A DNA stretch of 53,297 bases, taken from NCBI GenBank assembly GCA_036271155.1, contig DATBBE010000136.1:1-53297 (forward strand). Reading direction: 5' to 3'. Under the pieces are notes generated by a model, which saw only the letters and a list, made by a program, of their open reading frames with translations, had not been told where the DNA came from and ran no database searches. The position numbers and the translations under genes were made by a program. This document shows, in pieces, positions 37,524 through 50,012 of this stretch (positions are counted from its first letter, which is position 1; each line of letters starts with the position of its first letter). Origin of the DNA: Nocardioides sp. GTDB lineage: Bacteria > Actinomycetota > Actinomycetes > Propionibacteriales > Nocardioidaceae.

Positions 37524-38711
37524 TCAGGTGAGGGCCCGGGGGCGGGGCTTGCGGACCGAGCTGACCAGAACGGCAGCGGGCACCATCGCGATCGCGATCA
37601 CCAGCAGCGAGCGCAGCGTGCCGACGTGGTCACCGACGAACCCGAGCAGCGGCGGTCCGGCGAGGAAGGCGCCGTATCCGATGGTGGACACGACGCTGAC
37701 CCGGCGGGCGGCGCGCGCCGGGTCGTCGCCCGCGGCGCTCATCCCCACCGGGAAGCCGAGAGCGGCGCCGAAGCCCCAGAGCACGATGCCGACCACGGCG
37801 AGCGCGGCGACGCCGGACCAGACGACGGTCAGCACCCCGACGGTCGCCGCCAGTGCGGAGGCGAGCATGGAGGGTGCGCGGCCGAAACGGTCCAAGACGA
37901 TCGGGCCGCCCAGCCGGCCGAGGGTCATCGTGGCCACGAAGAGCGCGAAGCCCAGGACCCCGACCCAGTGCCGGGCGTCGTATCCGTCGATCAGACCGAG
38001 GGCCAGCCAGTCGTTCGCGGCGCCCTCCGCGAGAGTGAAGGCCAGCACCATCAAGCCGATGGCCAGGGTGCGCGGCTCCAGCCAGGCCGAGCCGCTCGCG
38101 GCCGCGGCCTGCTCGGCCCCGGACTCCGAGGCCGGGAGCAGCCGACGGCTCGCCACCAGGGCGACGGCCACCGCGAGCGCTGGGGCGACGGCATAGTGCA
38201 CCGCCAGCGGTATGCCGAGACCGGCGGCCACGGCTCCGACGCCCGCCCCGGTGAAGGTGCCCAGCGACCACCCCGCGTGGAACCGAGGCATGATGCTGCG
38301 CCCCAGCTCTCGCTCCACGGCCGCCCCGTCGACGTTCATCGCGACGTCCCAGACGCCGGTGCCGAAGCCATAGGCGAGCAGACCGACCGCCGCCCCGGGC
38401 GCGGATCCCGCCGTGGCGAAGGCACCCGCCACCACCAGACCACCCAGATCGGCCAGGGCGCCGAGCCGCACCACCGCGCCCGCCCCCCAGCGCTCGATCA
38501 GGTGACCGCTCACCGGCATACCGGCCATGGAGCCGATCGCCACGGAGAGCAGCAGCGCACCGAGGGCGCCGTTCGACAGGTCGAGGGAGCCGCGCAGGTC
38601 GGGGACGCGCGAGGCCAGGGTGGCGAAGCAGAAGCCGTTCAGCCCGAACACGAGCGCCACGGCCCTGCGGGCGCCGGTGGCGGGGGGCGTCGGAGCGGGA
38701 CTCTCGGTCAC
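37524..38711 (-). CDS. MFS transporter
   Basis: 12 TM helices, WDVAMN, IMPRFHAGWSLG, EGAANDW. Confidence 0.88.
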   Translation of the reverse strand: MTESPAPTPPATGARRAVALVFGLNGFCFATLASRVPDLRGSLDLSNGALGALLLSVAIGSMAGMPVSGHLIERWGAGAVVRLGALADLGGLVVAGAFATAGSAPGAAVGLLAYGFGTGVWDVAMNVDGAAVERELGRSIMPRFHAGWSLGTFTGAGVGAVAAGLGIPLAVHYAVAPALAVAVALVASRRLLPASESGAEQAAAASGSAWLEPRTLAIGLMVLAFTLAEGAANDWLALGLIDGYDARHWVGVLGFALFVATMTLGRLGGPIVLDRFGRAPSMLASALAATVGVLTVVWSGVAALAVVGIVLWGFGAALGFPVGMSAAGDDPARAARRVSVVSTIGYGAFLAGPPLLGFVGDHVGTLRSLLVIAIAMVPAAVLVSSVRKPRPRALT

Positions 38712-39145
38712 AGGTGCTGGACGCCGGGCGGGGCCGCCTCGAGCCAGGACTGGAAGCCCGTCAACGACGACGACCCGAGCGCGAGCTCGACGACGCCGGT
38801 CGGGGTGTCACAGCTGATCACGACGTGACCGGGGTAGAGGGACAGCTGCTCCACTCCCTCGGGGTCACGGCGCCCCACGAAGTTCAGCGTCTGTCGCGGC
38901 CACACCCGCTTGGGTCGCGGCGAGAGCGAGAAGATCCGGAACCACTCCAGCGAGTCGCCGGCGTAGCGACCCAGGCCGAGCAGCCAGCCGCGCCCGGGCG
39001 CAGAGGCCCGGGCGCGGTAGCTCAGCTCGAAGGTGCCGCCGTTGCGCGACAGCCAGCGTCGCCGCACGATCAGCACGACGCCCAGGAGCAGCACGAGCAG
39101 GAGCACGACCGCGGCCGACTCCAACAGCCGCTCCCAGATCGGCAA
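38708..39145 (-). CDS. DUF2550 family protein
   Basis: N-terminal TM, GWLLGLGRY..DSLEWFR, FQSWLEAAPPG; usual position after atpC. Confidence 0.85.
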   Translation of the reverse strand: MPIWERLLESAAVVLLLVLLLGVVLIVRRRWLSRNGGTFELSYRARASAPGRGWLLGLGRYAGDSLEWFRIFSLSPRPKRVWPRQTLNFVGRRDPEGVEQLSLYPGHVVISCDTPTGVVELALGSSSLTGFQSWLEAAPPGVQHL

Positions 39146-39188
39146 CGCTCCCTCTCCTGTCAGCCCCTCCCATCACGGGAGCAGCGAT

Positions 39189-39521
39189 TCAGTCCTGGCC
39201 CTCCAGCGCGGACTTGCGCTCCTCGAGGAGGCGCTTGGCCTCGTCGAAGTCGCTCTCGTGGGACAGCTCGGCGTACTCGCAGAGAAGGCGGACGTGGTTG
39301 TCCGCCACGGAGATGAACCCGCCGTCGACCGCGGCGACCCAGTGTCCGTCGTCGACAGTGCGTACGTCGACCTGGCCGGCCGCGAGCACCGACATCACCG
39401 GGGTGTGGTCGGCCATGATCCCGATCTCACCGGCCAGGGTGCGGCAGTTGACCACGGTGGCCTCGCCGGACCAGACCTCACGGTCGGCCGCGACGAGGGA
39501 CACCTGCATCGTGTTCGCCAT
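39189..39521 (-). CDS. atpC: ATP synthase F1 epsilon subunit
   Basis: VAADREVWSGEA, GEIGIMADHTP, VDGGF. Confidence 0.92.
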   Translation of the reverse strand: MANTMQVSLVAADREVWSGEATVVNCRTLAGEIGIMADHTPVMSVLAAGQVDVRTVDDGHWVAAVDGGFISVADNHVRLLCEYAELSHESDFDEAKRLLEERKSALEGQD

Positions 39522-39543
39522 CATTGCTCCATCGTCGGTGAGG

Positions 39544-41980
<2,437 letters not shown>

Positions 41981-42005
41981 GTCAGCTCCTCAGTCCCTCG
42001 CTCAC

Positions 42006-43649
42006 TCAGCCCCGCTTCTGCTTGACGATCTGCTCCTGCTCGAGCTCCTCGTCGGTCACCGGGTCGGCCTTCGCCTCCGTGCCGGGCTTGATGGACTGCC
42101 CCTCGGAGGTCTCGAACTGGTCGAGGAACGCGTCGTAGGCCGCCGTGGCCTTCTCCTCGACGGCGTCGTCGAACTTCTTCGACTCCAGGATGTCGTCGTA
42201 GACCTCCTTGTGCTGGCGCCCGATGAAGTCGAGGAACTCCTGCTCGAAGCGCAGCACGTCATCGACCGGCACCCGGTCGAGGCGGCCGGTCGTGCCGATC
42301 CACAGCGAGATCGTCATCCGCTCCAACGGGTACGGCGAGTACTGCGGCTGCTTCAGCAGGGCCATCAGGCGCTGTCCGCGGTCGAGCTGCTGCCGCGAGG
42401 CCGCGTCGAGGTCCGAGGCGAACATCGCGAAGGCCTCCATCGCGCGGAACTGCGCGAGCTCGACCTTGAGCGATCCGGTGACCGACTTCATCGCCTTCGT
42501 CATCGCGTTGCCACCCACCCGGGAGACCGACACGCCGACGTCGATCGCAGGGCGCTGGTTGGCCGCGAACAGGTCGGACTGCAAGAAGATCTGACCGTCG
42601 GTGATCGAGATGACGTTGGTCGGGATGTAGGCGGACACGTCGTTCGCCTTGGTCTCGATGATGGGCAGACCGGTCATCGAGCCCGCGCCCAGCTCGTCGG
42701 AGAGCTTGGCGCAACGCTCCAGCAGACGGCTGTGCAGGTAGAACACGTCGCCCGGGTAGGCCTCGCGGCCCGGCGGACGGCGCAGCAGCAGCGACACGGC
42801 GCGGTAGGCCTCGGCCTGCTTGGTGAGGTCGTCGAACACGATCAGGACGTGCTTGCCGTCGTACATCCAGTGCTGGCCGATGGCCGAGCCGGTGTAGGGG
42901 GCGAGGTACTTGAAGCCCGCACTGTCGGAGGCCGGTGACGCCACGATCGTGGTGTACTCCAGGGCGCCGGCCTCCTCCAGGGCGCCGCGGACCGCGGCGA
43001 TGGTGGAGCCCTTCTGACCGATGGCGACGTAGATGCAGCGCACCTGCTGGTTCGGGTCGCCGGTCGCCCAGTTCTGCTTCTGGTTGATGATCGTGTCGAT
43101 GGCGATCGTGGTCTTGCCCGTCGAGCGGTCGCCGATGATGAGCTGACGCTGACCGCGGCCGACGGGCGTCAGGGCGTCGATCGCCTTGATGCCCGTGGCG
43201 AGCGGCTCCTTGACGGGCTGGCGCAGCATGACGCCCGGTGCCTGGATCTCCAGGGCCCGGCGCTCGTCGGACGCGATGTCGCCGAGGCCGTCGATCGGGG
43301 TGCCGAGAGGGTCGATGACCCGGCCCATGAAGCCGTCGCCCACGGGGACCGACAGGATCTCGCCGGTACGCCGGACCGTCTGGCCCTCCTCGATCTTGTC
43401 GAAGTCACCGAGGACCACGACGCCGATCTCGCGGGTGTCGAGGTTCAGCGCCAGGCCGAGCGTGCCGTCCTCGAACTCGAGCAGCTCGTTGGCCATCGCC
43501 GACGGCAGGCCGGAGACGCGGGCGATGCCGTCCGCGCACTGGGCGACGGCGCCGACCTCCTCCTTGCTGGCCGCCTCGGGCTTGAAGTCCTCGACGTACT
43601 TGGTCAGCGCGTCGCGGATCTCCTCCGGACGGATCGTGAGCTCCGTCAT
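42006..43649 (-). CDS. atpA: ATP synthase F1 alpha subunit
   Basis: [31 protein letters not shown]. Confidence 0.98.
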   Translation of the reverse strand: MTELTIRPEEIRDALTKYVEDFKPEAASKEEVGAVAQCADGIARVSGLPSAMANELLEFEDGTLGLALNLDTREIGVVVLGDFDKIEEGQTVRRTGEILSVPVGDGFMGRVIDPLGTPIDGLGDIASDERRALEIQAPGVMLRQPVKEPLATGIKAIDALTPVGRGQRQLIIGDRSTGKTTIAIDTIINQKQNWATGDPNQQVRCIYVAIGQKGSTIAAVRGALEEAGALEYTTIVASPASDSAGFKYLAPYTGSAIGQHWMYDGKHVLIVFDDLTKQAEAYRAVSLLLRRPPGREAYPGDVFYLHSRLLERCAKLSDELGAGSMTGLPIIETKANDVSAYIPTNVISITDGQIFLQSDLFAANQRPAIDVGVSVSRVGGNAMTKAMKSVTGSLKVELAQFRAMEAFAMFASDLDAASRQQLDRGQRLMALLKQPQYSPYPLERMTISLWIGTTGRLDRVPVDDVLRFEQEFLDFIGRQHKEVYDDILESKKFDDAVEEKATAAYDAFLDQFETSEGQSIKPGTEAKADPVTDEELEQEQIVKQKRG

Positions 43650-43695
43650 CTCTTCCCTACTCTCTTGTCTGTTCTTAGAAGTCGTGGTCGGCCGG

Positions 43696-44505
43696 TCATC
43701 CGACGAGACGCCGGCGGGCGTCGTCGAGGCGACTGGCGATGGTGCCGTCGATGACCTCGTCGCCGATCTCGACGCGGACGCCGCCGAGGACGTCCTGGTC
43801 GACGACGACGTTGAGGTGGACGGTGGTGGCGTACTGACGACCGAGCACCTCGGCGAGCCGGGTCTGGTCGGCCGCGCTCATCGGCCGGGCGACCCGCACC
43901 GTCGCGACGGCCTCACCCTGAGTCTCGGCGGCGACCTGGCGGTAGGTCGCCAGCGCGCCCGTCATGGTGCCGTAGGTGCCGGCGAGCGACTGTTGGGCGA
44001 GGGTGACGGTCGCGGGGAGCGCCTTGCCGTCGAGCAGTGAGTCGAGCAGCGCAACCTTGTCGTCGACCGAGCGGGCCGGGTCCGAGAGCGCCGAGCGAAG
44101 TCGGGGGTTGCCGTCGATGATCCCGGACAGCGCGAACAGCTCGTCGGTGACCTGCCCGGCCTTCGCACCGGCCGAGCGCACGACCGCGATCTCGCTGAGC
44201 CGCTCGAGCACGTCGGCCAGGTCACGGGCGCGGGTCCAGCGGCGGCTGACCGCCTCGGTCAGCAGGTCGCGGGTCGCGTCGCCGACGCGCCCGCCGAAGA
44301 CCTGCGCCACCATCCCCTGCTTGGCCTCGACCGGCAGCGAGCCGTCCGTGGCGAACCGGCGCAGTCCGGCCTCGCTTCGGAAGAGCTGGCTCACCGTGAA
44401 CAGCTCGTCGCCGAGCGCGGCCGCGACCGCGTGGGTCGTGATCGCGCCGTCGAGTTGCTCCACAAGGGCGCCGAGCCCCTCGGCGGAGCCTCCCCGGAGA
44501 TCCAT
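43696..44505 (-). CDS. atpH: ATP synthase delta subunit (long actinobacterial form)
   Basis: [26 protein letters not shown]; operon position. Confidence 0.92.
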   Translation of the reverse strand: MDLRGGSAEGLGALVEQLDGAITTHAVAAALGDELFTVSQLFRSEAGLRRFATDGSLPVEAKQGMVAQVFGGRVGDATRDLLTEAVSRRWTRARDLADVLERLSEIAVVRSAGAKAGQVTDELFALSGIIDGNPRLRSALSDPARSVDDKVALLDSLLDGKALPATVTLAQQSLAGTYGTMTGALATYRQVAAETQGEAVATVRVARPMSAADQTRLAEVLGRQYATTVHLNVVVDQDVLGGVRVEIGDEVIDGTIASRLDDARRRLVG

Positions 44506-45038
44506 CAGCCGGCCTCTTCCAGGTCGGCGAGGAAGCGCTCGACCACGCGGCCCTGGCGCTCGTCGTCGTCCATGGACTCGCCCACGATCCGGCCGGCCAG
44601 GGTGGTGGCCAGGCTGCCGACGTCGCGACGCAACGAGGTGAACGCCTGCTTGCGGTCGGCCTCGATCTGGGCGTGCGCGTGCTCGATGATGCGGTCGGCC
44701 TCGACCTGCGCCTTGTCACGGGCGTCCTGCACGATCGTCGCGCCCTGCTCGCGAGCCTCCTCGCGGATGCGGGCCGCCTCATGCTTGGCGTTGCTGAGCT
44801 GCTCCTTGTAGTCCGCCTCGGCCTTGCGGGCGTCCGCCTGGGCGTCCTCGAGGTCGGAGAACTGCTTGCGGATCGCGTCCTGGCGGTCCGACATCGCCTT
44901 GTTGATCGGCGGGATGACGAACTTCGCCAGCACCCAGATGATGATGGCGAAGGCGATGACCTCGGCGATGAACGTGGCGTTGGGGACGAGGAAGTTGCTC
45001 GCCAGTGGCACCACGGTGGTGCTGGCAAGAGTGTCCAT
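44505..45038 (-). CDS. atpF: ATP synthase Fo b subunit
   Basis: NFLVPNATF, TM helix, then charged coiled coil. Confidence 0.92.
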   Translation of the reverse strand: MDTLASTTVVPLASNFLVPNATFIAEVIAFAIIIWVLAKFVIPPINKAMSDRQDAIRKQFSDLEDAQADARKAEADYKEQLSNAKHEAARIREEAREQGATIVQDARDKAQVEADRIIEHAHAQIEADRKQAFTSLRRDVGSLATTLAGRIVGESMDDDERQGRVVERFLADLEEAG

Positions 45039-45093
45039 CTGTCAGTCCTGTCTTCCGGCTGGGGTGGTGGCCCCGTCAGTCCTCGGTGGTCGG

Positions 45094-45354
45094 TTACTTG
45101 CCGAGGACGAAGACGAACAGCGCCATGAACGCCAGGTTGATGAAGAACATCGCCTCCACCAGCCCGACGGTGAGGAAGAAGATCGTCTGGAGACGGCCCT
45201 GCGCCTCGGGCTGACGTGCGACGCCCTGGATGTACGACGAACCGGCGAGGCCGTCACCGACACCGGCGCCGATCGCGCCACCGGCCAGGGCCAGACCGCC
45301 GCCGACGAACGCGCCGGCCGTCTTGATGGCCGCTTCCATGGTGGTTGTTGCCAC
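45094..45354 (-). CDS. atpE: ATP synthase Fo c subunit
   Basis: [26 protein letters not shown]; AAGGAG RBS before GTG 45354. Confidence 0.95.
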   Translation of the reverse strand: MATTTMEAAIKTAGAFVGGGLALAGGAIGAGVGDGLAGSSYIQGVARQPEAQGRLQTIFFLTVGLVEAMFFINLAFMALFVFVLGK

Positions 45355-45422
45355 TGTCTCTCCTTGGTTCCGCGCCTGGGGACGGCGCAACGGGTGTACC
45401 TCTGGTGCGGTCGAGCAGTCGC

Positions 45423-46289
45423 TCAGGCCGCGAGCTCTGGGGTGGGGTGGGACTTGTCGCTGCTGTCGGTGGTGCTGTCGGTGGTCTCGGCGTGGGACTT
45501 GTCGTGGTCGTCGTGCCCGCCGCCCCCGGCCATCCCGAAGTAGAGGACTGTCAGCAGGGCGAAGATGAAGGCCTGGAGCCCACCGAGGAACACGGTGTCG
45601 AAGAGCTTCCAGACGACGCTCAGGATCACCGCGAAGAGGCCACCGATCGGAATGTGAGCCGGCGCCAGCGAGACCAACGAGCCGATCAGGGCGATCATGA
45701 TGCCGCCGGCGAAGATGTTGCCGAAGAGTCGCAGTGCCAGCGTGACCGGCTTGAGGAGGTCCTGCAGGAGCTCCAACGGGAGCAGGATCGGGTACGGCTC
45801 CAGGTAGTGCTTGAAGTAGGCCTTCGCGCCCTTCTGCCGGATGCCGTAGACCCAGACCGACACCATCGCGATGGCACCCATCGCGTAGGTCAGGTTGGTG
45901 TCGGCGGTCGGCGACGGCAGCACGTGGACGTGCTTGTTCAGCTCGGTCGGGATGACCTCGAGCCAGTTCGAGATCAGGATGAAGAAGAACAGCGCGACCG
46001 CCAGCGGCACGACGTAGGGGTGGACGCGGCCGAGGTTCTCCTCCACCTGGGTCTGCACCTGGGTCACGATCGTCTCCCACACCAGCTGCAGCTTGGTCGG
46101 GACGTAGTCCTGGGTGTTCTTGGTGAGCTGGCTGCGAGCCCAGAACCCGAGCAGGATCACGATCAGCCCGGCCACCACCGTCACCCAGATGGTGTCGAGG
46201 TTCCAGGTCATGCCCAGGAAGTGGCCCTCGGGGTGCACGCCGGGGTGGATCTCCACATCGGCAGGCAGGATCGCGGGGAGGGTGCTCAC
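45423..46289 (-). CDS. atpB: ATP synthase Fo a subunit
   Basis: [30 protein letters not shown]; GTGA overlap with the upstream gene. Confidence 0.95.
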   Translation of the reverse strand: MSTLPAILPADVEIHPGVHPEGHFLGMTWNLDTIWVTVVAGLIVILLGFWARSQLTKNTQDYVPTKLQLVWETIVTQVQTQVEENLGRVHPYVVPLAVALFFFILISNWLEVIPTELNKHVHVLPSPTADTNLTYAMGAIAMVSVWVYGIRQKGAKAYFKHYLEPYPILLPLELLQDLLKPVTLALRLFGNIFAGGIMIALIGSLVSLAPAHIPIGGLFAVILSVVWKLFDTVFLGGLQAFIFALLTVLYFGMAGGGGHDDHDKSHAETTDSTTDSSDKSHPTPELAA

Positions 46290-46717
46290 TGCTGCTTCAA
46301 CTCCTTCAACAGGGGCAGGCCCGTCATCACGAGCGCGATCAGTCGGAACACGGCCAGGCCCAGGAGGAGGCCGATGCCGTCGGGCCAGAACCACACCGCG
46401 ATCCCGACCGCCACGACGGACACGATCACGAGCCGGACCATGGTCGACATGGCGAGCCGGTTGCGGGTGGGCTGGTCGCCGGAGACGATCAGGCGCAGGA
46501 GCCAGTACTCCGTCGCGAGGTGGTTGAGCAGCCCGAGCGCGACACCACCGGCGATGCAGCCGGCCAGCACCCACTCGTCGAGCTGGCCGAGCACCCAGTA
46601 GCCGGCGACGGCCAGCACGATCGCGACGGCGATGGTCTTGCGCTGCGCCCGGATCACGCGCCCGAAGGAGGCAGTCGTCTCCGGCAGGGCCCCGGGGGCC
46701 TCCTGGTCAGTCACCAC
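46286..46717 (-). CDS. ATP synthase protein I-like membrane protein (Rv1303-like)
   Basis: 4 TM helices, GVALGLLN motif, directly upstream of atpB; start approximate. Confidence 0.7.
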   Translation of the reverse strand: MVTDQEAPGALPETTASFGRVIRAQRKTIAVAIVLAVAGYWVLGQLDEWVLAGCIAGGVALGLLNHLATEYWLLRLIVSGDQPTRNRLAMSTMVRLVIVSVVAVGIAVWFWPDGIGLLLGLAVFRLIALVMTGLPLLKELKQQ

Positions 46718-46741
46718 GGACACCTCCCTCACACCGCTCGC

Positions 46742-46957
46742 TCATCGCAGCGCAACCCGGACGCGCACCCAGAACGCCGCGGCACCCGCCGCGATGCCCA
46801 GCGCGATGCCGACGAGCGTGAAGACCGGCGACGTCCCCGCCACGTGGTCGAGGAGCAGCCCCAGCACGAGACCGAGGACCACCGCACCGGCGAGCATCCC
46901 ACCGAGGCCCACGAGATCGCGGCCCCGAAGGGTCGGGTCCGGCTGTCCATCGGGCAT
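46742..46957 (-). CDS. AtpZ/AtpI family small membrane protein
   Basis: GLLLDHVAGTSPVF two-TM hairpin at the head of the atp operon. Confidence 0.78.
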   Translation of the reverse strand: MPDGQPDPTLRGRDLVGLGGMLAGAVVLGLVLGLLLDHVAGTSPVFTLVGIALGIAAGAAAFWVRVRVALR

Positions 46958-47177
46958 CCACTCAGGTCGCTCTCACGGGGGGTCACGTCGGAAAAACCAA
47001 TGTCGCCGACGCACGCTCCACGGGGCACCGACGACGCTCGGAAACTATCACAGCGCGGCCCCGTCACGAACGGGGCGGGGAGCGTGCTCGCAGCCGCACA
47101 CAGCAAGGCCCCGGAACGGGTCACGAAGCGGTCGGTCGTCATGGCTGGCGGCCTGATCTGTTCGGCAACGGGGGTGC

Positions 47178-47195
47178 TTGTGAAAAGTAGCACAA
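47178..47195. promoter_or_regulatory. Putative Rex operator upstream of the atp operon
   Basis: TTGTGAA-aagt-AGCACAA versus consensus TTGTGAA-N4-TTCACAA; extended dyad GCTTGTG/CACAAGC; -10-like TAGTTT at 47042-47047 (minus strand). Confidence 0.6.
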
Positions 47196-47245
47196 GCGCT
47201 CCGCGCACCGCCACCCGGCGGCCGTCAGGCGGCGTCGGGCGGCCG

Positions 47246-48385
47246 TCAGGACGTCTCGGCGCCGGTGGGTCCCGGTCTTCGCAGCACCGGCAGCAGGAGC
47301 GTGAGGGTCACCGTCAGCACCGCCGCCACCGCGATCGCCGTCCACATCAGCGGGCCGGTGTAGAGGCTGATCACGACGGTGCTGCCGGCGACCAGGGCCG
47401 CCCACATCCACATGATCAGGACCGCACGCCGCTGGGAGTGGCCGATCTCGAGCAGCCGGTGGTGGAGGTGCTCCTTGTCGGGGTGGTAGAACGCCTGCCC
47501 GCGACGGGTGCGGCGTACGACGGCGAGCACGAGGTCGGCGATCGGGACGACGAGCAAGGTGATCGGCAGCGCGAGCGGCAGGAACGTCGGGGCCAGGCTC
47601 GCCGGCGAGCCCATCGCACCCTTGCTGAGCTCGGTCCCGGAGTACTGCCCGGTCAGGGTGATCGCGCTGGCAGAGAGCACCAGCCCGATCAGCATCGAGC
47701 CGCTGTCGCCCATGAACAGGCGCGCCGGGTTGACGTTGTGGGGCAGGAACCCGAAGCAGGCTCCGGCCAGCATCGCGCTCAGCAGCGCGCCGGTGGAGGC
47801 GAGCGGCGCGTTGTTGAGGTTGGTGAGCTGGTAGCAGAAGACGAAGAACGCGACCGCGCCGATGCAGACCACCCCCGTCGCCAGGCCGTCGAGCCCGTCG
47901 ACCATGTTCACCGCGTTCATCGTGGCGACCACGATGAACGCGGTCAGCAGCGCACCTTGTGCGGACTGCAGGGAGAACTGGCCGCCACCCGGCTTGGGGA
48001 AGAGGACGTACTGGATCCCGTTGAGGATCAGGAAGCCGGCCGCGAGCACCTGTCCCCCGAGCTTGGTCAGTGCGTCGAGCTCGAACAGGTCGTCGAGCGT
48101 GCCGACTGCGCAGATGAGGGCACCTGCGATCAGGACCGTGCGGGCGTCGTGGAAGACGAACGCCTGGCTGCGCGACAGGAACGGCAGCTGCTGAGCCACG
48201 AGGTAGGCAGCCAGCAGGCCCCCGAGCATCGCCAGCCCGCCGAGGTACGGCGTGGGCTCTGCGTGGACGTCGCGGTCGCGGACCCGGGCCACGGCACCGG
48301 TGCGCAGCGCGATCTCGCGGGCGATCACCGTCAGCAGGTACGTCGCCGCAGCGGCGACCAGGAAGACCAGGAGGTACTCACGCAC
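47246..48385 (-). CDS. wecA: Polyprenyl-phosphate GlcNAc-1-phosphate transferase (WecA/TagO, GT4)
   Basis: PYLGGLA, NAVNMVDGLDGLA, FMGDSGS, PDKEHLHHRL. Confidence 0.88.
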   Translation of the reverse strand: MREYLLVFLVAAAATYLLTVIAREIALRTGAVARVRDRDVHAEPTPYLGGLAMLGGLLAAYLVAQQLPFLSRSQAFVFHDARTVLIAGALICAVGTLDDLFELDALTKLGGQVLAAGFLILNGIQYVLFPKPGGGQFSLQSAQGALLTAFIVVATMNAVNMVDGLDGLATGVVCIGAVAFFVFCYQLTNLNNAPLASTGALLSAMLAGACFGFLPHNVNPARLFMGDSGSMLIGLVLSASAITLTGQYSGTELSKGAMGSPASLAPTFLPLALPITLLVVPIADLVLAVVRRTRRGQAFYHPDKEHLHHRLLEIGHSQRRAVLIMWMWAALVAGSTVVISLYTGPLMWTAIAVAAVLTVTLTLLLPVLRRPGPTGAETS

Positions 48386-48445
48386 GAGGCGGGACCGTTC
48401 GGCTCGCGCAGGCGCCTGCGCCGACCCCTGTGCCGACCCCTGTGC

Positions 48446-49123
48446 TCATTCCTCCGGCTCCTCGCCGTCGTCCTCGATGACGGTGCACCCCAGCGGCTGC
48501 AGGACGTCGTTGAGGTCACTCACCGAGAGTGCTCCGAGCCGCAGCAGGCGCGGCTGGGAGAGCCGCACGTCGAGGATGGTCGAGGCCTCGCCCTTGGGCG
48601 AGGGACCGTCGTCGAGCACCACCTCGATGCTCTCACCGAGCATGCCGTCCGCGGCGGCCGCCTCGGTCGCGGCCGGGAGACCGCTGAGGTTGGCCGAGCT
48701 GACCGCGAGCGGGCCGGTGCGCTCGAGCAGGGCGAGGGCGACCTCGTGGTCGGGCATCCGGACCGCGACGGTGCCTCGGGTCTCGCCAAGATCCCACGTC
48801 AGTGACGGCTGCTGGACGCACAGCAAGGTCAGCGGCCCGGGCCAGAAGGCTTCGGTGAGGGCGTCGACGTACGACGGGATGTCGGTCGCGAGTGCCGCCA
48901 GCGTCGTCGCGGCGCTGATCAGCACCGGCGGCGGCATCTCCCGGCCACGCCCCTTGGCGTCCAGGAGCGCCTGAACGGCGTCGTGGTCGAAGGCGTCGGC
49001 GCCGACGCCGTAGACGGTGTCGGTCGGCAGGATCACGAGTCCCCCGCGCTGCACGGCCTGGGCGGCCGCCTCGATCGCGGACTCGCGCTCGTCGGCTGAC
49101 CCGGTCGGGTAGGTCGTGCTCAT
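48446..49123 (-). CDS. tsaC: L-threonylcarbamoyladenylate synthase (Sua5/YrdC)
   Basis: PTDTVYG, KGR, FWPGPLT, SSANLSG. Confidence 0.92.
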   Translation of the reverse strand: MSTTYPTGSADERESAIEAAAQAVQRGGLVILPTDTVYGVGADAFDHDAVQALLDAKGRGREMPPPVLISAATTLAALATDIPSYVDALTEAFWPGPLTLLCVQQPSLTWDLGETRGTVAVRMPDHEVALALLERTGPLAVSSANLSGLPAATEAAAADGMLGESIEVVLDDGPSPKGEASTILDVRLSQPRLLRLGALSVSDLNDVLQPLGCTVIEDDGEEPEE

Positions 49124-49151
49124 CGGTCCTCGCCCTCTGTGTGCCTCGGCC

Positions 49152-50012
49152 TCATCGTGCCAGCCGCGCGGTCACGAAGCGCGCTCGCCCGGTCAGGTCG
49201 GGATGGTCACGCACCTGATCCCACCGGCCGGTGCCGCTGAACACCGCGGGCGCCGACTCCCCCTGGGCCTCCGCGTGCTCGACCCCGACCCTGCCACCCG
49301 GACGCAGGAGCAGGGCGGCACGACGCTCCACGACGCGGATCGTGTCGAGGCCGTCGCCGGTGGCGTAGAGCGCGAGCTCGGGATCGTGGTCACGCACCTC
49401 CACCGCCACCGACTCCCACGCCTCGTGGGGGATGTAGGGCGGGTTGCTGACCACCACGTCTGCGGTGCCGACGAGATCGTCGAACGCATCGGCCAGGTCG
49501 CCCTGGCGCAGGTCGACACGCGTTCCGGCCAGGTTGCGGGCGGCCCAGGCATGGGCCCGCTCGTCGAGCTCGACCGCATGGACGTCCGCGGTCGGCACCT
49601 CGTCCTTGACCGCCTTCGCGATGGCTCCCGAACCGGTCCCGAGGTCGATCACCCGACAGGAGCGGTTCTCGTGCTCGGCGCTCTGCGCTGCCTCGATCGC
49701 CCACCCGGCGAGCAGCTCGGTCTCGGGTCGCGGCACGAAGACCCCCGGGCCCACGCTCAGCTCGACGTGGCGGAAGTGGGCCACTCCGGTCAGGTGCTGG
49801 AGCGGCTCGCGCGCGGTTCGGCGGGTGACCAGCGCGTCGAGCTCCGCGGCCTGCTCGGGCGTCACGTCGTCGACCAGGGGCAGCTGCGACCGGTCGATGC
49901 CCAGCACGTGGGCCAGCAGCGCGCGTGCGTCGTGGTCGGGCGAGTCGACCCCACCGGCCGCGAGCCGGCGTACGGCGTCTGCGACGAGGTCACGCACGTC
50001 GCCGGTCGTCAC
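49152..50012 (-). CDS. prmC: Release factor glutamine methyltransferase
   Basis: PRPETE, DLGTGSGAI, SNPPY. Confidence 0.95.
   Translation of the reverse strand: MTTGDVRDLVADAVRRLAAGGVDSPDHDARALLAHVLGIDRSQLPLVDDVTPEQAAELDALVTRRTAREPLQHLTGVAHFRHVELSVGPGVFVPRPETELLAGWAIEAAQSAEHENRSCRVIDLGTGSGAIAKAVKDEVPTADVHAVELDERAHAWAARNLAGTRVDLRQGDLADAFDDLVGTADVVVSNPPYIPHEAWESVAVEVRDHDPELALYATGDGLDTIRVVERRAALLLRPGGRVGVEHAEAQGESAPAVFSGTGRWDQVRDHPDLTGRARFVTARLAR

Noticed and set aside
48420-48443. 12-bp direct duplication GCCGACCCCTGT upstream of wecA
   Set aside because: Two copies only; most simply a local slippage event
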